From: Promethearchaeota archaeon
Lineage (GTDB): Archaea > Asgardarchaeota > Lokiarchaeia > Sigyniarchaeales > SOKP01
Assembly (NCBI GenBank): GCA_019058445.1
Contig: JAHPZA010000006.1
Coordinates: 480,001-544,000 of the forward strand
DNA length: 64,000 nucleotides
Direction: 5' to 3'
In this document: positions 11,193-21,645 of the stretch, piece by piece
How the letters are laid out: the number at the start of each line of letters is the position of its first letter
Position numbering within the stretch: position 1 is the stretch's first letter
Translations under genes and position numbers: made by a program
Notes under the pieces: generated by a model
Seen by the model: the letters and a program-made list of their open reading frames with translations, nothing else
Database searches by the model: none
What the model was told of the DNA's origin: nothing

Positions 11193-12461
11193 ATGGTAAA
11201 TTATAAGATTGCTGATGAATCGTTAGCGGAAAAGGGTAAAGAAGCATTATATATTGCTGAAAATAAGATGCCGGTCACAGCTAAGGTTATACGTGAAAGA
11301 TTTTCTAAGGAAAAACCTTTAAAGGGTATTACAATAGCAGGTTGCTTACATGTAACCAAAGAAACAGGAAACTTAGCCAGAACATTGAAGGCGGGAGGAG
11401 CTGAAGTATATCTCTGTGGCAGTAATCCCCTTTCTACTCAAGATGATGTAACAGCAGCTTTGGTCCAAGAAGGAATAAATATATTCGCATGGCACGGAAA
11501 TACGGATGAAGAATTTTATTGGTGTATACGTCAATGTTTAAAGGCCAAACCAAACATTTTAATTGATGATGGTGCAGATATGATTGTAACTGCTCACAAA
11601 GAATTTCCTGAATTGATTGAGAGTGGGACCATCCTTGCTTGTCAAGAAGAGACTACCACAGGTGTAAAGCGATTCAAGGCTATGGATAAGCAAGGTGTCT
11701 TGAAAGTTCCCTTATTTCCAGTAAATGATGCCCGATGCAAGAATCAATTTGATAATGAATTAGGTACTGGTCAGGGTGTTGTTTCAGCTATTTTTGGTAT
11801 GCATGTTTTATTTGCAGGAAAGAAAGTGGTCATTGCGGGTTATGGACACTGTAGTTCCGGAATGGCATTACGGGCACGTGGTTTAGGGGCTAATGTAATC
11901 GTGACTGAAGTTGATCCAATTAAGGCACTTCAAGCTGTTTTTGCGGGTTATACAATCAAACCAATAAAAGAAACATTAGAAGAAGCTGATATCATTTTAA
12001 CCGCCACCGGATGCAAGCACGTCATCCCTCCTAAAAATGAAGTATTTGATAAACTCAAGGATGGCATTATACTCGGTAATTTGGGACATTTTGATATTGA
12101 AATCCCAACTAAGGAGTTATATGAGTACGCCAAAGAAATTAAACCTATCCGAAGTGATGTGGAAGAACTGTTAATGCCAAATGGCAAGAAAATTTATTTA
12201 TTGGCTAAGGGTAGATTAGCTAACTTAGTATTGTCTGAGGGGCACCCAAGTGAGGTTATGGATATGTCATTTGGTCTTCAATCTTTAATGTCCGAATATA
12301 TAGTCAAAAATAAGGACAAACTAAAACCAGGAATGATTGATGTACCTGTTGATATTGACGATCAAGTTGGATTGCTTAAACTTCAATCAATGGGTGTTGA
12401 AATTGATAAATTGACTGAGGAGCAATATAATTACATCCACGGCTACGAAGAAGGCACATAA
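11193..12461 (+). CDS. ahcY: Adenosylhomocysteinase
   Basis: CLHVTKET, SNPLSTQDD, DDGAD, EETTTGV, GHFDIEI, GRLANL, GHPSEVMDMSF motifs. Confidence 0.97.
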   Translation: MVNYKIADESLAEKGKEALYIAENKMPVTAKVIRERFSKEKPLKGITIAGCLHVTKETGNLARTLKAGGAEVYLCGSNPLSTQDDVTAALVQEGINIFAWHGNTDEEFYWCIRQCLKAKPNILIDDGADMIVTAHKEFPELIESGTILACQEETTTGVKRFKAMDKQGVLKVPLFPVNDARCKNQFDNELGTGQGVVSAIFGMHVLFAGKKVVIAGYGHCSSGMALRARGLGANVIVTEVDPIKALQAVFAGYTIKPIKETLEEADIILTATGCKHVIPPKNEVFDKLKDGIILGNLGHFDIEIPTKELYEYAKEIKPIRSDVEELLMPNGKKIYLLAKGRLANLVLSEGHPSEVMDMSFGLQSLMSEYIVKNKDKLKPGMIDVPVDIDDQVGLLKLQSMGVEIDKLTEEQYNYIHGYEEGT

Positions 12462-12505
12462 ATAAACTAAATATTCTTAATTTTTTTCATATTTCATTTA
12501 ATATC

Positions 12506-12853
12506 ATGATAATTAAAATGGATTCTTTAAAACCTATAGATTTTTTCGGATTAATGATATATGATTTTACAGCTGGATTTGAATCGAAATCCTCTTTTGC
12601 TGTTGTCCAAGTGCCACCCAATTCTAAGCATAAAGAAGCTTGGTCTACACGCTCAGATAAATTTTACTATGTAATTAATGGAGAAATTCAATTTATCTTA
12701 GAAAACAAGGAGTTTACATTATCTAAGGATGATTTTTTGGTCGTTTTAAAGGGACAACATTTTTCCTATAAAAATGTTCAAAAGAGTGGTGCTACCCTAA
12801 TTCTTATTCATACACCATCTTTTGATATTAATTCCGAAAGATTTAAAGATTAG
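12506..12853 (+). CDS. Cupin-domain protein
   Basis: VPPNSKH...FYYVINGEI...GQHFSYKN cupin pattern. Confidence 0.75.
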   Translation: MIIKMDSLKPIDFFGLMIYDFTAGFESKSSFAVVQVPPNSKHKEAWSTRSDKFYYVINGEIQFILENKEFTLSKDDFLVVLKGQHFSYKNVQKSGATLILIHTPSFDINSERFKD

Positions 12854-12910
12854 TTTTAAATAAAATCGAGTTATAGTAACATTAATTAATATATTTGGAG
12901 TGTTAATTTA

Positions 12911-13786
12911 ATGGACAAAAAAGAAAAGCGAACTTCACTTATTCTAATAATACTATATTTTCTCTTCCTTAGTATATTGTTTCTCATTATAGTCTTCTTT
13001 CAAAATCCGGAGTATGCTAATTCTATTGTACCGATTTCGGGTTTACCCCAATCAACTCATTATGCGGTTTTTCTTTTTACATTGCCCTATGGCTTAGCAT
13101 TATTATTTGTTTTTATATTTCCAATTATCTTTATTCCCATATTCGTAAAGTTAAAAAACTTAATTTTTAGAAACTTTGAAAACGGTTATGTTAATGTTAA
13201 TCTTGAAAAGCCTACGATAAATTTCAAGCAATACGTAAAACGATCTATTTATGTTGCCCTATTAGCCATCGGCTTGTTAGCTACATTTTCTACATTTTTA
13301 AATTTTAATCAATTTGTATCTGAACGCCAATTAGAATATCTTCAAGAGAAGGGCATACCTGTTCAGTATTCGTCAGATGGATTTTTAGCGGTTTTATTTA
13401 TTTTCTTTCCATTCGTCATTGGGTTGTGGTCTATTAGTTGGGTAATGGAAGATCTAGGTTTTATTCATTATAAACTTCCCGAAGAGAAAACAAATGTCTT
13501 GTTCGAAATCGAGCCAATGCATCTAAAATATACTCAGATCCTTAAGGGTTATGCAGGAATCTCAGCAATCATTTATTATGTAGCAGTTCTTATTTTTTAT
13601 ATAATGAATCCAGGAAAGGGAACTATAACGGATTTAGTTTTTATGTTTATGGCAATCCCCCTATGGATAATAATGAGTTTTCCTTTTTACTTTGTATATA
13701 GGATGATTTTGTTAAAGCGTCTAAAATTTCTACGAAAGGAGATGCCTGAATGTCGAACTATTACTAAATCGGAATTCGAAATCTAA
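12911..13786 (+). CDS. Hypothetical multi-pass membrane protein
   Basis: About 6 hydrophobic segments. Confidence 0.7.
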   Translation: MDKKEKRTSLILIILYFLFLSILFLIIVFFQNPEYANSIVPISGLPQSTHYAVFLFTLPYGLALLFVFIFPIIFIPIFVKLKNLIFRNFENGYVNVNLEKPTINFKQYVKRSIYVALLAIGLLATFSTFLNFNQFVSERQLEYLQEKGIPVQYSSDGFLAVLFIFFPFVIGLWSISWVMEDLGFIHYKLPEEKTNVLFEIEPMHLKYTQILKGYAGISAIIYYVAVLIFYIMNPGKGTITDLVFMFMAIPLWIIMSFPFYFVYRMILLKRLKFLRKEMPECRTITKSEFEI

Positions 13787-13921
13787 ATATCTTTTTAATT
13801 TCTTTCCGATTTGCTTTTTATTTTTTATATTTTTTTTACTTTAACTAAGACTGATATATTTGAAAGCTGAAAAATCATAAAAGTTGAGAAAAAAAAAATA
13901 ATCTAGTTTATCATTATAGGA

Positions 13922-14521
13922 CTAAAGTTTTATAGCAAGAAAGCTGCGGAAATATCCAAAAAGAAACTTTTTTATTTCTAATATTTTAAATCCTAATTGC
14001 TCCATCTCAGTTTCAAGTTCATCAAACTCAAATTGATGATGTGGTTCTTCAATAAGGAGCACACCATTTGGTTTGAGAACCCGATAAACTTCTTTTAATG
14101 CATTTTGCCAATCTGTGATATGATGAATTACACCAAATATGAAAACACCATCAATACTTTCACTGGATTCATTGATATTGCGAATATCCCCTTCAAAAAA
14201 ATTAATATTAAGGTTTTTTTTTTCATTTCTCATTTTTGCTAGTTCAATCTGCTCAGGCATATAATCGAATGCTATTAAACGTCTTGGAGTAAAATTTTCA
14301 TTGATAAGCTGAGAGCTGTATCCAGATCCACACCCTGCATCGATTATTACTTTTTTATTTAGATTAATATTTTGTGATCTCAGCATGTTTCGGAAATATC
14401 GAAATTCAAATTTTTTTTGAACTAATCTCCTGATTGCATTATTCATTGCTTTGAACTCCATAGATCCAAGACGCATACTATTTCCGGTATTATTTTGAAA
14501 GACTAATTTTTCTTGAGACAC
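13922..14521 (-). CDS. Class I SAM-dependent methyltransferase
   Basis: IIDAGCGSG, VIHHI, EVYRVLKPNG motifs. Confidence 0.9.
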   Translation of the reverse strand: MSQEKLVFQNNTGNSMRLGSMEFKAMNNAIRRLVQKKFEFRYFRNMLRSQNINLNKKVIIDAGCGSGYSSQLINENFTPRRLIAFDYMPEQIELAKMRNEKKNLNINFFEGDIRNINESSESIDGVFIFGVIHHITDWQNALKEVYRVLKPNGVLLIEEPHHQFEFDELETEMEQLGFKILEIKKFLFGYFRSFLAIKL

Positions 14522-14689
14522 TTTTATTTCAACTCCTAGAGAATATTATAATTTTTTTTAATTCTCGAAATGCTTCACAGATTCCGACATTCCGACAATA
14601 ATATTATTAAAAAATAATTCTGTAAATATAAATGTTTTTGTGTCTAAGACAGATCGACATATTTATATTCTTATAATTATTATAATTAA

Positions 14690-15637
14690 TTGAATATGAG
14701 TACAGAAACTGAAAACGAAACTAAAATTCAAATTCTTGAAAGAATGGGATTAAATAAAACAGATTCCCAGGTTTACCTTGTTCTAATGAAGTTCGGACTT
14801 GAGGGTACGGTTGTGTATAATTTAATTCATAAATTACAAAAAAAAATAAAACGTACCACTCTTTACTCAGTCTTGAAAAAACTATCTGCTCTTGGAGCAA
14901 TTGAGATCTTAGAAGACAGATCTTCACCACGTAATGCGAAAAAATACCGTGTGATATCACCAAAAACTTTTTTTTCAAATTTCATTAAACAAAAAAAGAA
15001 AGAATTAAGGGAACTTGAAACAATGAAAGCTATATTTGACAATGAATTAGAGAGTATCTATCATCATGGATTTGATTATCAGAACCTAAATTTAGATGAA
15101 AATATAAAGCCATATATTGATTTTCTTCATGAAAAAGGATGGAAAATTAAACTCTATACAAAAGAAGAAAGAGTCCCTGTATTTAATTATTCAGTCTATG
15201 AGTGTAATCTAGAACCCCCAGATACTGTTTTATATAAAGATATATACTTCCATCTATTTATTTTTGATTATAATATCGCAGAAGATACTAATGGTCTGCA
15301 ATTCACAATGAGGTATATAAAAAATCAGAGTAAAGAATTTATCAGAATATACGGAAATATTAGTAAGTTTACTTTAAAGGATATAACTTATTCTTACGCA
15401 GAAAAAGAATTTCCTGGTTATGTTATAAAAATCCATTCTGAAAATTTAAGAAATCATGAATGGTTCTCAAAGTTACTTGATTTTTTACAAATTGAAAAAC
15501 AGCATGATATCCCTCGCGAAATCGAAATAGGCATAGGTGTAATAATACCCATAAAAAACAAAATATTCTATATTTGGGCAGAATCGAAGAGATTTATAGA
15601 TGAAATTATGGAAATTATTATAAATAAGAATTATTGA
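14690..15637 (+). CDS. TrmB-like HTH transcriptional regulator
   Basis: LERMGLNKTDSQVYLVL...KRTTLYSVLKKL wHTH followed by a coiled segment. Confidence 0.75.
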   Translation: MNMSTETENETKIQILERMGLNKTDSQVYLVLMKFGLEGTVVYNLIHKLQKKIKRTTLYSVLKKLSALGAIEILEDRSSPRNAKKYRVISPKTFFSNFIKQKKKELRELETMKAIFDNELESIYHHGFDYQNLNLDENIKPYIDFLHEKGWKIKLYTKEERVPVFNYSVYECNLEPPDTVLYKDIYFHLFIFDYNIAEDTNGLQFTMRYIKNQSKEFIRIYGNISKFTLKDITYSYAEKEFPGYVIKIHSENLRNHEWFSKLLDFLQIEKQHDIPREIEIGIGVIIPIKNKIFYIWAESKRFIDEIMEIIINKNY

Positions 15638-15828
15638 GAGTAAAGCATCTACGATAGTAGCTCTCCGGATGTTCAGGAGGTTTTCCGGATACTTATTCAA
15701 TATGATCGGTTACGGTTTTAAACTATATTATTTATAATATAAAAAATAAAAATTCGATTTGGTTAAGTTTGGCTAACTTTAAAGAATAAAATGTCATTTT
15801 TATTTTCTTTTTTATTCCTACCAAATCA

Positions 15829-16314
15829 TTATTTATTAATTCTTCTTAAAACTTCAAGAATTTCTTCATTTTCAGGAATATCATGCATATTTTTTCCATA
15901 GTAAGCATATTGTATTATGCCTTTTTTGTCAACCACTAATAAACCCGGCATTCGACCCAATTTAATTAATTTAATTTCTTGATTTAACAGTTTTGGAACT
16001 TCCTTGGTTTCATCATAAAACACTGGATATTTTCGGGTATATTTTTCTTCCATTTTCTTAGCATTTTTTTCATTATCAGCCATGATCGGGTACAGGTATC
16101 CATCCAACTCCTCAAATTTTTCAAGATCTTTTCGTAGTCTCGCGGCATGCCATCTGCAATATGGTCAACTAATCCCTCTAAATAAGATGATAATAATGTT
16201 TTTTTTATCCTCAAGTTCTCTGATGTTGACGATTTCTCCTCTTGAATTTGGCAATTCAAATTCTTGAATTTTTGTACCAACTAATTGAAATTTATCCTTA
16301 ATTTGATTCACCAT
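15829..16314 (-). CDS. Peroxiredoxin-like (AhpC/TSA) selenoprotein with UxxC motif
   Basis: ATG 16314 reads MVNQIKDKFQLVGTKIQEFELPNSRGEIVNIRELEDKKNIIIILFRGIS-TGA-PYCRWH and continues in frame into ORF 15829..16107 (PGLLVVDKKGIIQYAY); TGA 16167-16165 sits at the first Cys of the RGxxCPxC motif. Confidence 0.88.
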
Positions 16315-16467
16315 TTCTATATTGTAAGGTGTTGGTTTATAGGAAATCTTTTGGTTTTAAATAATTTTCATTTATAACTCAAAAATGAGATATTCTCTCC
16401 TAAATCAAAATTCTAAAAGTAGTAATTAAAAAATCTAAAGGAAATAAAATTGTGGGAGGTGTTTTTT

Positions 16468-17508
16468 TCATTTGGGATATAAGATCTCTTGAGCACTCGC
16501 ATTATCATATATTGCACGTGCAAGCCTTCTTAATCCCTCTAATCCTATTGGTTCTTCGATAAGCTTATCAGATTGCCAGATTTTAGTGTGTTGAAATTCA
16601 TTCTCAATATCTTTCAAATATTTTTGCTGTAGAGAGCGGACCTTTCCGCAAAAGTCGCACGTTTTAGCATGATCTTCGGGAATTAACATATTGATATGAA
16701 CACCATCAAGATTTACATATTTCTCTGTTAAATCCCGAGCTCTTTTTATTTCTTCGAAACTTGGTTTTTCAGCAATAGTTACGAGTCGAAGTGAACCAAC
16801 ATTATGTATCAATTCGCTAATTCTTTCACCTCTCTCTTCAAGTTCCGTTAACATCTTTACTAGCTCTTCGCCTAAGCCCTCTTGATTAGAGGTAGGTTCA
16901 AAAGGATGCATTACTTTTTTAAACATTTTGGAAACCCCCTGAAGGGATCCTCTTACGGAATTGTAAAAATTGAGAGAGTATTTTAATACCACTTTAACGG
17001 TATCTTCTGGCACATCAAACAGAGCAACCATATTTCCTGTTGGAGGGAAATCAGCTACAATCATATCAAAGTCAATTTCTTCGTCACCTTTTCTATAAAT
17101 TGTATCTTCAGCATCCAAAATTTTCTGAAAAAACATGGCATTTTTAAGAGCTAAAGGAATAGAATCTGCTGTAAACGTAGTGTCAATGAAATCTTTAATC
17201 TGTGGAATTAATCCTACAATTGGCATTTTTTTAAGGAGTTTCTTCATTTTTGCCGCAAAAACTTTCGTATATTCTTCGGCATATGCATCCGGGTCAGGTT
17301 CAACACCCCAGAGATTATTTGTAATTGGTGTTAACTTGCCTCCAATTTCAGTATTAAACATATCTGACAAATTATGTGCTATATCAAATGAAATAAGAAG
17401 GATCTTTTTATCAGGCAATAAATCTGATAACGCAACAGCAGTTGCCGCACTTATAGATGACTTACCGACACCACCTTTGCCTCCAAGTATCAGTATCCTT
17501 TCAATCAT
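16468..17508 (-). CDS. ArsA/GET3-family ATPase
   Basis: GGKGGVGKS, DIAHNLSD, DFPPTG, C-terminal CDFC, EPIGLEGL. Confidence 0.9.
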   Translation of the reverse strand: MIERILILGGKGGVGKSSISAATAVALSDLLPDKKILLISFDIAHNLSDMFNTEIGGKLTPITNNLWGVEPDPDAYAEEYTKVFAAKMKKLLKKMPIVGLIPQIKDFIDTTFTADSIPLALKNAMFFQKILDAEDTIYRKGDEEIDFDMIVADFPPTGNMVALFDVPEDTVKVVLKYSLNFYNSVRGSLQGVSKMFKKVMHPFEPTSNQEGLGEELVKMLTELEERGERISELIHNVGSLRLVTIAEKPSFEEIKRARDLTEKYVNLDGVHINMLIPEDHAKTCDFCGKVRSLQQKYLKDIENEFQHTKIWQSDKLIEEPIGLEGLRRLARAIYDNASAQEILYPK

Positions 17509-17631
17509 ATTAAAACGGTTATTAACGTATTTTTCAAACTAATTGAATATGAAATAAAAATCAGAATAGAATAAAAAACTGATTATTTTAGCAAAGCTTA
17601 TAGATTACCAAGATATCTAAAAATCTTTTCC

Positions 17632-17841
17632 TCAGTTTCTTTTCTCATCAGTAGAATTAATATCCGGAAAAAAAACCAGTTTCCCGGAAACCATGGAATT
17701 TCCCTCTTTCCTAAAATAAAAATAAAATCTTCCAATATCAGTATTTAATTTATATTTAACGCGGGGCTTCTTACTATTTGTTAAGAGCTTATCTATGAGA
17801 ATTTTATTCCAATAGCGACTCATATCAATTCTTAAACTCAA
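17632..17841 (-). CDS. Small hypothetical protein
   Basis: 69-aa ORF co-oriented between the MFS and ArsA genes; no recognisable motif. Confidence 0.4.
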   Translation of the reverse strand: MSLRIDMSRYWNKILIDKLLTNSKKPRVKYKLNTDIGRFYFYFRKEGNSMVSGKLVFFPDINSTDEKRN

Positions 17842-17926
17842 CCCTTTAAAAAATGAGGATCTTATAGTGATAATATGAGGAATAGTAAAAAAAAAGAATT
17901 ATGACATAAACATAAAATTTTATCGT

Positions 17927-19390
17927 TTAACGGCCAAGTTTAAGCAGGCTTTCTTTAATCGATTCCGCTTTATCTGGAGTAATATCAAAGAGCTTCCAGA
18001 ATATAATTCCTGTAATTAAGCATAATATCGATAGAGCTCCAGTAATCTGGAATAATAAACCGAATTTTGCCAAATCTGTGTTTCCGGTGCCGAGAGCGGG
18101 GTTATAACCAAAGGTGATAGTTATAAGAAGTAAAATTATTATTTGGATTCCCGAACTAATTGATCTAATCACACCATTAACTGAATTATATTGTGCTTCT
18201 TCGCGCGTTCCATGTTTCAATATGGAATCATCAAGTGCTTGTAGTCTAAATACAGACCTAGCTGCGTTTTGTATACCAACACCTCCACCCGCCAAAAAGG
18301 CACATAGAGAAAACATCCAGATATTTGTGGTTAGCATCGCTAAGAAAAAGAATACACAGGAAATTACTATTCCAATAAGAAAGGTGTTTTTAGATCCCTT
18401 CCTTTTCAGAATCCAATAAGCAATGACTCCAAAAAGAAACATCCCCAAGATTATACCCAGCTGTGGAAATATTGAAACTGAAATATCTTCACCTAAACCA
18501 TGTATTATCCAGAGATCGATGCCAACAATCCAAACTCTATTTAATATTGCCCATTGTAAGCTGGTTATCATAAAGGCAACCCAATTTTTATCCGAGAGTG
18601 CTCTTTTTACCACCTGAAGAAAAGGTGGTCTTTCTATTTTCTCATCAAGTTCTGCTCGAAAAGTTCGCATTTCTTTTGGTTCCCAAAAACCATACATCTT
18701 TATTGGGAGTCCTATCGAATATATTAATGCTACAATTAAGGCCATATAGAAAAATGCATTTGGATTGGCTACCTTTCCTTGTGCATCAAAAGCATTAAAA
18801 TAGCTTAACAATAGAGGTATCATCAATATTGCGAGGATTAACCCAATTAAATTCGCACCAAACGCTTCTAATAATGCCATACGCCGTCGAGTTTCCTGAT
18901 CTCGAAACATATCATTCTTGGTTGCCCATTCATTCATTTCTTGGAAAGTTGTAAACACATCAAAAATGGATAACGTTAAGGCAATCCAAATTACCACAAA
19001 AATAGTCATATCTGGGTCTGCCAACCCACCACCTGGTTTTAATTCCCAAGGAATAAACATTAGGATTAAAAAAATCACCATTCCAACATCCCCAATCAAA
19101 ATTAATACCCATCTCTTCCCAAATCTTTTGGTAAACCTGGTAGTTTCATCAGAAATCCGAGCTTCAATTGGATCATTCACTATATCAATAATAGTAAAAG
19201 TTAAAACAAAAATGGTTACTAAGATAATATCTAACTGAAGCACGACCAGCGCATATAGTTGAATCCTTGACATCGCTGTAAATATCATAAACCAAATTAT
19301 CATCCCAACACTCATAGCCACTAATTTCTTTAAGGGAGGAATATTATATTGTCTATCTAATCCAGTTGGTTCTAATTTTGAATCACTCAT
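17927..19390 (-). CDS. MFS transporter, GPH (MelB-like) family
   Basis: About 12 TM; DIVNDPI..RISD.T..FGKRW; DDSILKHGTREEAQY. Confidence 0.88.
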   Translation of the reverse strand: MSDSKLEPTGLDRQYNIPPLKKLVAMSVGMIIWFMIFTAMSRIQLYALVVLQLDIILVTIFVLTFTIIDIVNDPIEARISDETTRFTKRFGKRWVLILIGDVGMVIFLILMFIPWELKPGGGLADPDMTIFVVIWIALTLSIFDVFTTFQEMNEWATKNDMFRDQETRRRMALLEAFGANLIGLILAILMIPLLLSYFNAFDAQGKVANPNAFFYMALIVALIYSIGLPIKMYGFWEPKEMRTFRAELDEKIERPPFLQVVKRALSDKNWVAFMITSLQWAILNRVWIVGIDLWIIHGLGEDISVSIFPQLGIILGMFLFGVIAYWILKRKGSKNTFLIGIVISCVFFFLAMLTTNIWMFSLCAFLAGGGVGIQNAARSVFRLQALDDSILKHGTREEAQYNSVNGVIRSISSGIQIIILLLITITFGYNPALGTGNTDLAKFGLLFQITGALSILCLITGIIFWKLFDITPDKAESIKESLLKLGR

Positions 19391-19509
19391 CTAAATTTAC
19401 TCTAATTTTTAATTTCAAGTTTTATATTTAGTTTACATATTAAGAGGCAATGTTAAAAAAGAAATTTGTTAATAAAGAATATAAAGATTTAGTTTTTACT
19501 AAACGCTTT

Positions 19510-21150
19510 TTATTGTTTTTTTCTGAATTTCTCTAATACTCTTATCCTCTTCTCGTAAGTATTCTCATTCCCAAAATTATCTTTAATTTTAAAGCTTACT
19601 CTATAACTCCCTGGTTTTCTAAATGTTCGAACCATTATAATACGATCGCTGGTCATGCCGTCTGAGAAATCCCATTCAAAAGATAATATGATCCCTTCGG
19701 GACTTAATAAAACTGCCGGAACAAATATTGCAAGATCGCCAGCGGTTAAAACTTCAGGTACAACATAAAAAGTGGCAGAAGGAGATGCAATTCCGTCTTT
19801 CTTAGTAATGAATTGTGATATATCAGTTAATTTACCGTCAGCATTCTTGATTTCTTCACTTGGAGTGGTTTGGATTTTATCAATTATCTCTACATGAGCT
19901 TTAGTTGAGCGTTCAAGCTGGTTAGGGGTGATTATTTCAATTTTATCTAGAGTTGTATGATATAAAATAGGTTTTCCAATTATTAAAATTGATGGAACAT
20001 CTTTTACAACGAAAGGTGGTAAGTCTGCTACAGGAAATGCACGTGCTGAAACATACACCGCGGGCAATAAATTATATTTCATCACAGCATTTAACGTATA
20101 AGAAAGTAGAGGTTGGTTTTCAGTAACAAATAAGCCTCTTCTTTCATCAAGCCTGGTAGGGACGACACCTTCATTTACTTCGTTATAATATCCGTGGCAC
20201 CCAAATCCATCTAACAAGATGTATGTTGTTATTTTCTCTAGCATATCTTCATGCTTTTCTACGAATAACTTTGATCCAACAGACCCGCATTCATGGCCAG
20301 TCCAGCCAACGAAAAGCATCGTTTTTTCACGTTTCTCAAAGGGAACTTTAGCATAAAGCTTTGCTAATATAATTAAACCCGCGTTAGCTGCAGCATTATC
20401 TAAGGCCCCAGCAAAAGTAGAGTCTGTATGTGTCCCGATTAGGATAATATCATCGGTTTTTCCAGGTAGCGCTCCAATAATAGTATTACTGGTTGCAGGA
20501 CCTCTATTTGAAATTTCAACAAATCTCACAAAAAGTTTTTTGTGAAAACGGGTACATAATTGCTTTAAATATTCACCATTAGGATTACTAATTGAAAGTG
20601 TAGGGAGAATGCTCTCTAAAGTAGGTATAATATAAGAAATACTATCTAATGGGGATCCATTGGTACAGATCACTGCTAATGCTCCTTTTTTTTTTGCCAT
20701 TCCAATCGTATTAAATAATCGTTCATGATGAGTAGGAAAGAAATTAAGAATCATTTTACCTTCTATTAAGGCAATTTTATCTTTCACATCAACTTGGTTA
20801 AAATCACTTTTAGTGCCATATCCTACATATACAACTTCTGCGGTAATACCCTCTGGAGAAGTAGATCCACTAAACCACGCTGGAAAAGTTTCTATGATTT
20901 GATCTTCTGAAACACCAGGAGTTTCATCAGCAATTATCTTAAGCTCGTGTTTTTCAGACCACCATCTAGTAAAATCAATTTTTTCAAATTGTACATCCTC
21001 TAATCCAACCTGTCTCAATTTATCGTAAATATATTTTTCTGCTTTATCTGCAGGCGGGGTACCAGACCGTCGAAACCCAAAATTACATAAATCTTTAACA
21101 ATTTGTAGCATTTCTTCCCCATCGACTTCAATTTTCTTTTGGTTTTCCAT
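19510..21150 (-). CDS. M28 family peptidase with PA and C-terminal PKD domains
   Basis: RRSGTP, VYVGYG (PA), HTDS, GALDNAA, GHECG, YHTTLD; FEWDFSDG...PGSYRV (PKD). Confidence 0.85.
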   Translation of the reverse strand: MENQKKIEVDGEEMLQIVKDLCNFGFRRSGTPPADKAEKYIYDKLRQVGLEDVQFEKIDFTRWWSEKHELKIIADETPGVSEDQIIETFPAWFSGSTSPEGITAEVVYVGYGTKSDFNQVDVKDKIALIEGKMILNFFPTHHERLFNTIGMAKKKGALAVICTNGSPLDSISYIIPTLESILPTLSISNPNGEYLKQLCTRFHKKLFVRFVEISNRGPATSNTIIGALPGKTDDIILIGTHTDSTFAGALDNAAANAGLIILAKLYAKVPFEKREKTMLFVGWTGHECGSVGSKLFVEKHEDMLEKITTYILLDGFGCHGYYNEVNEGVVPTRLDERRGLFVTENQPLLSYTLNAVMKYNLLPAVYVSARAFPVADLPPFVVKDVPSILIIGKPILYHTTLDKIEIITPNQLERSTKAHVEIIDKIQTTPSEEIKNADGKLTDISQFITKKDGIASPSATFYVVPEVLTAGDLAIFVPAVLLSPEGIILSFEWDFSDGMTSDRIIMVRTFRKPGSYRVSFKIKDNFGNENTYEKRIRVLEKFRKKQ

Positions 21151-21645
21151 ATAATTTCACACTTTCTAATAATTTTTGTTAAGTTTATGAAATAATTAAT
21201 TGATATTAATTTCTTATTTTATGGTAATCGAAAAGAATATATGTTTTTTGTTCTATTATAATATTATTACAATCATTATTATCAAAAGTAATAATCAAAA
21301 AATAAATCAGAATTATTAATCATACATAGAAATTAGAATTATAATCAATTCAAATAGAAAATAATCATCAATTAAAAAAATTCACAAAATTAGTTAATTA
21401 GGTAAAGAGATTTAAAAAGAAAATCATAAATATACTTTAAATTTATTATTTAGATAAATTACTACATCATAGTTATTATTTCAATAATATAATTAAATTC
21501 ATTACATAATTTCAACATTTTAAGCGAACTTATCTAATAATTTTTTAAGATGAGATTATAATTCGAATTTTAAAGCTAAGATAATCATTCTGATTTTTTT
21601 TGTAATAAGAATAGAAAACTAAAGTATAAATTAAATAAAAAGGAA

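Noticed and set aside
16165-16167. TGA as Trp (alternative genetic code)
   Set aside because: TGA terminates gar1, eif6 and the ArsA gene, and this TGA aligns with Cys, not Trp.
15984-16280. 98-aa ORF suggesting a frameshifted gene
   Set aside because: Wrong frame; the gene is continuous in one frame through a TGA, so no frameshift is needed.
21151-21645. Long AT-rich spacer as replication origin
   Set aside because: No ORB-like repeats seen and no adjacent orc1/cdc6.
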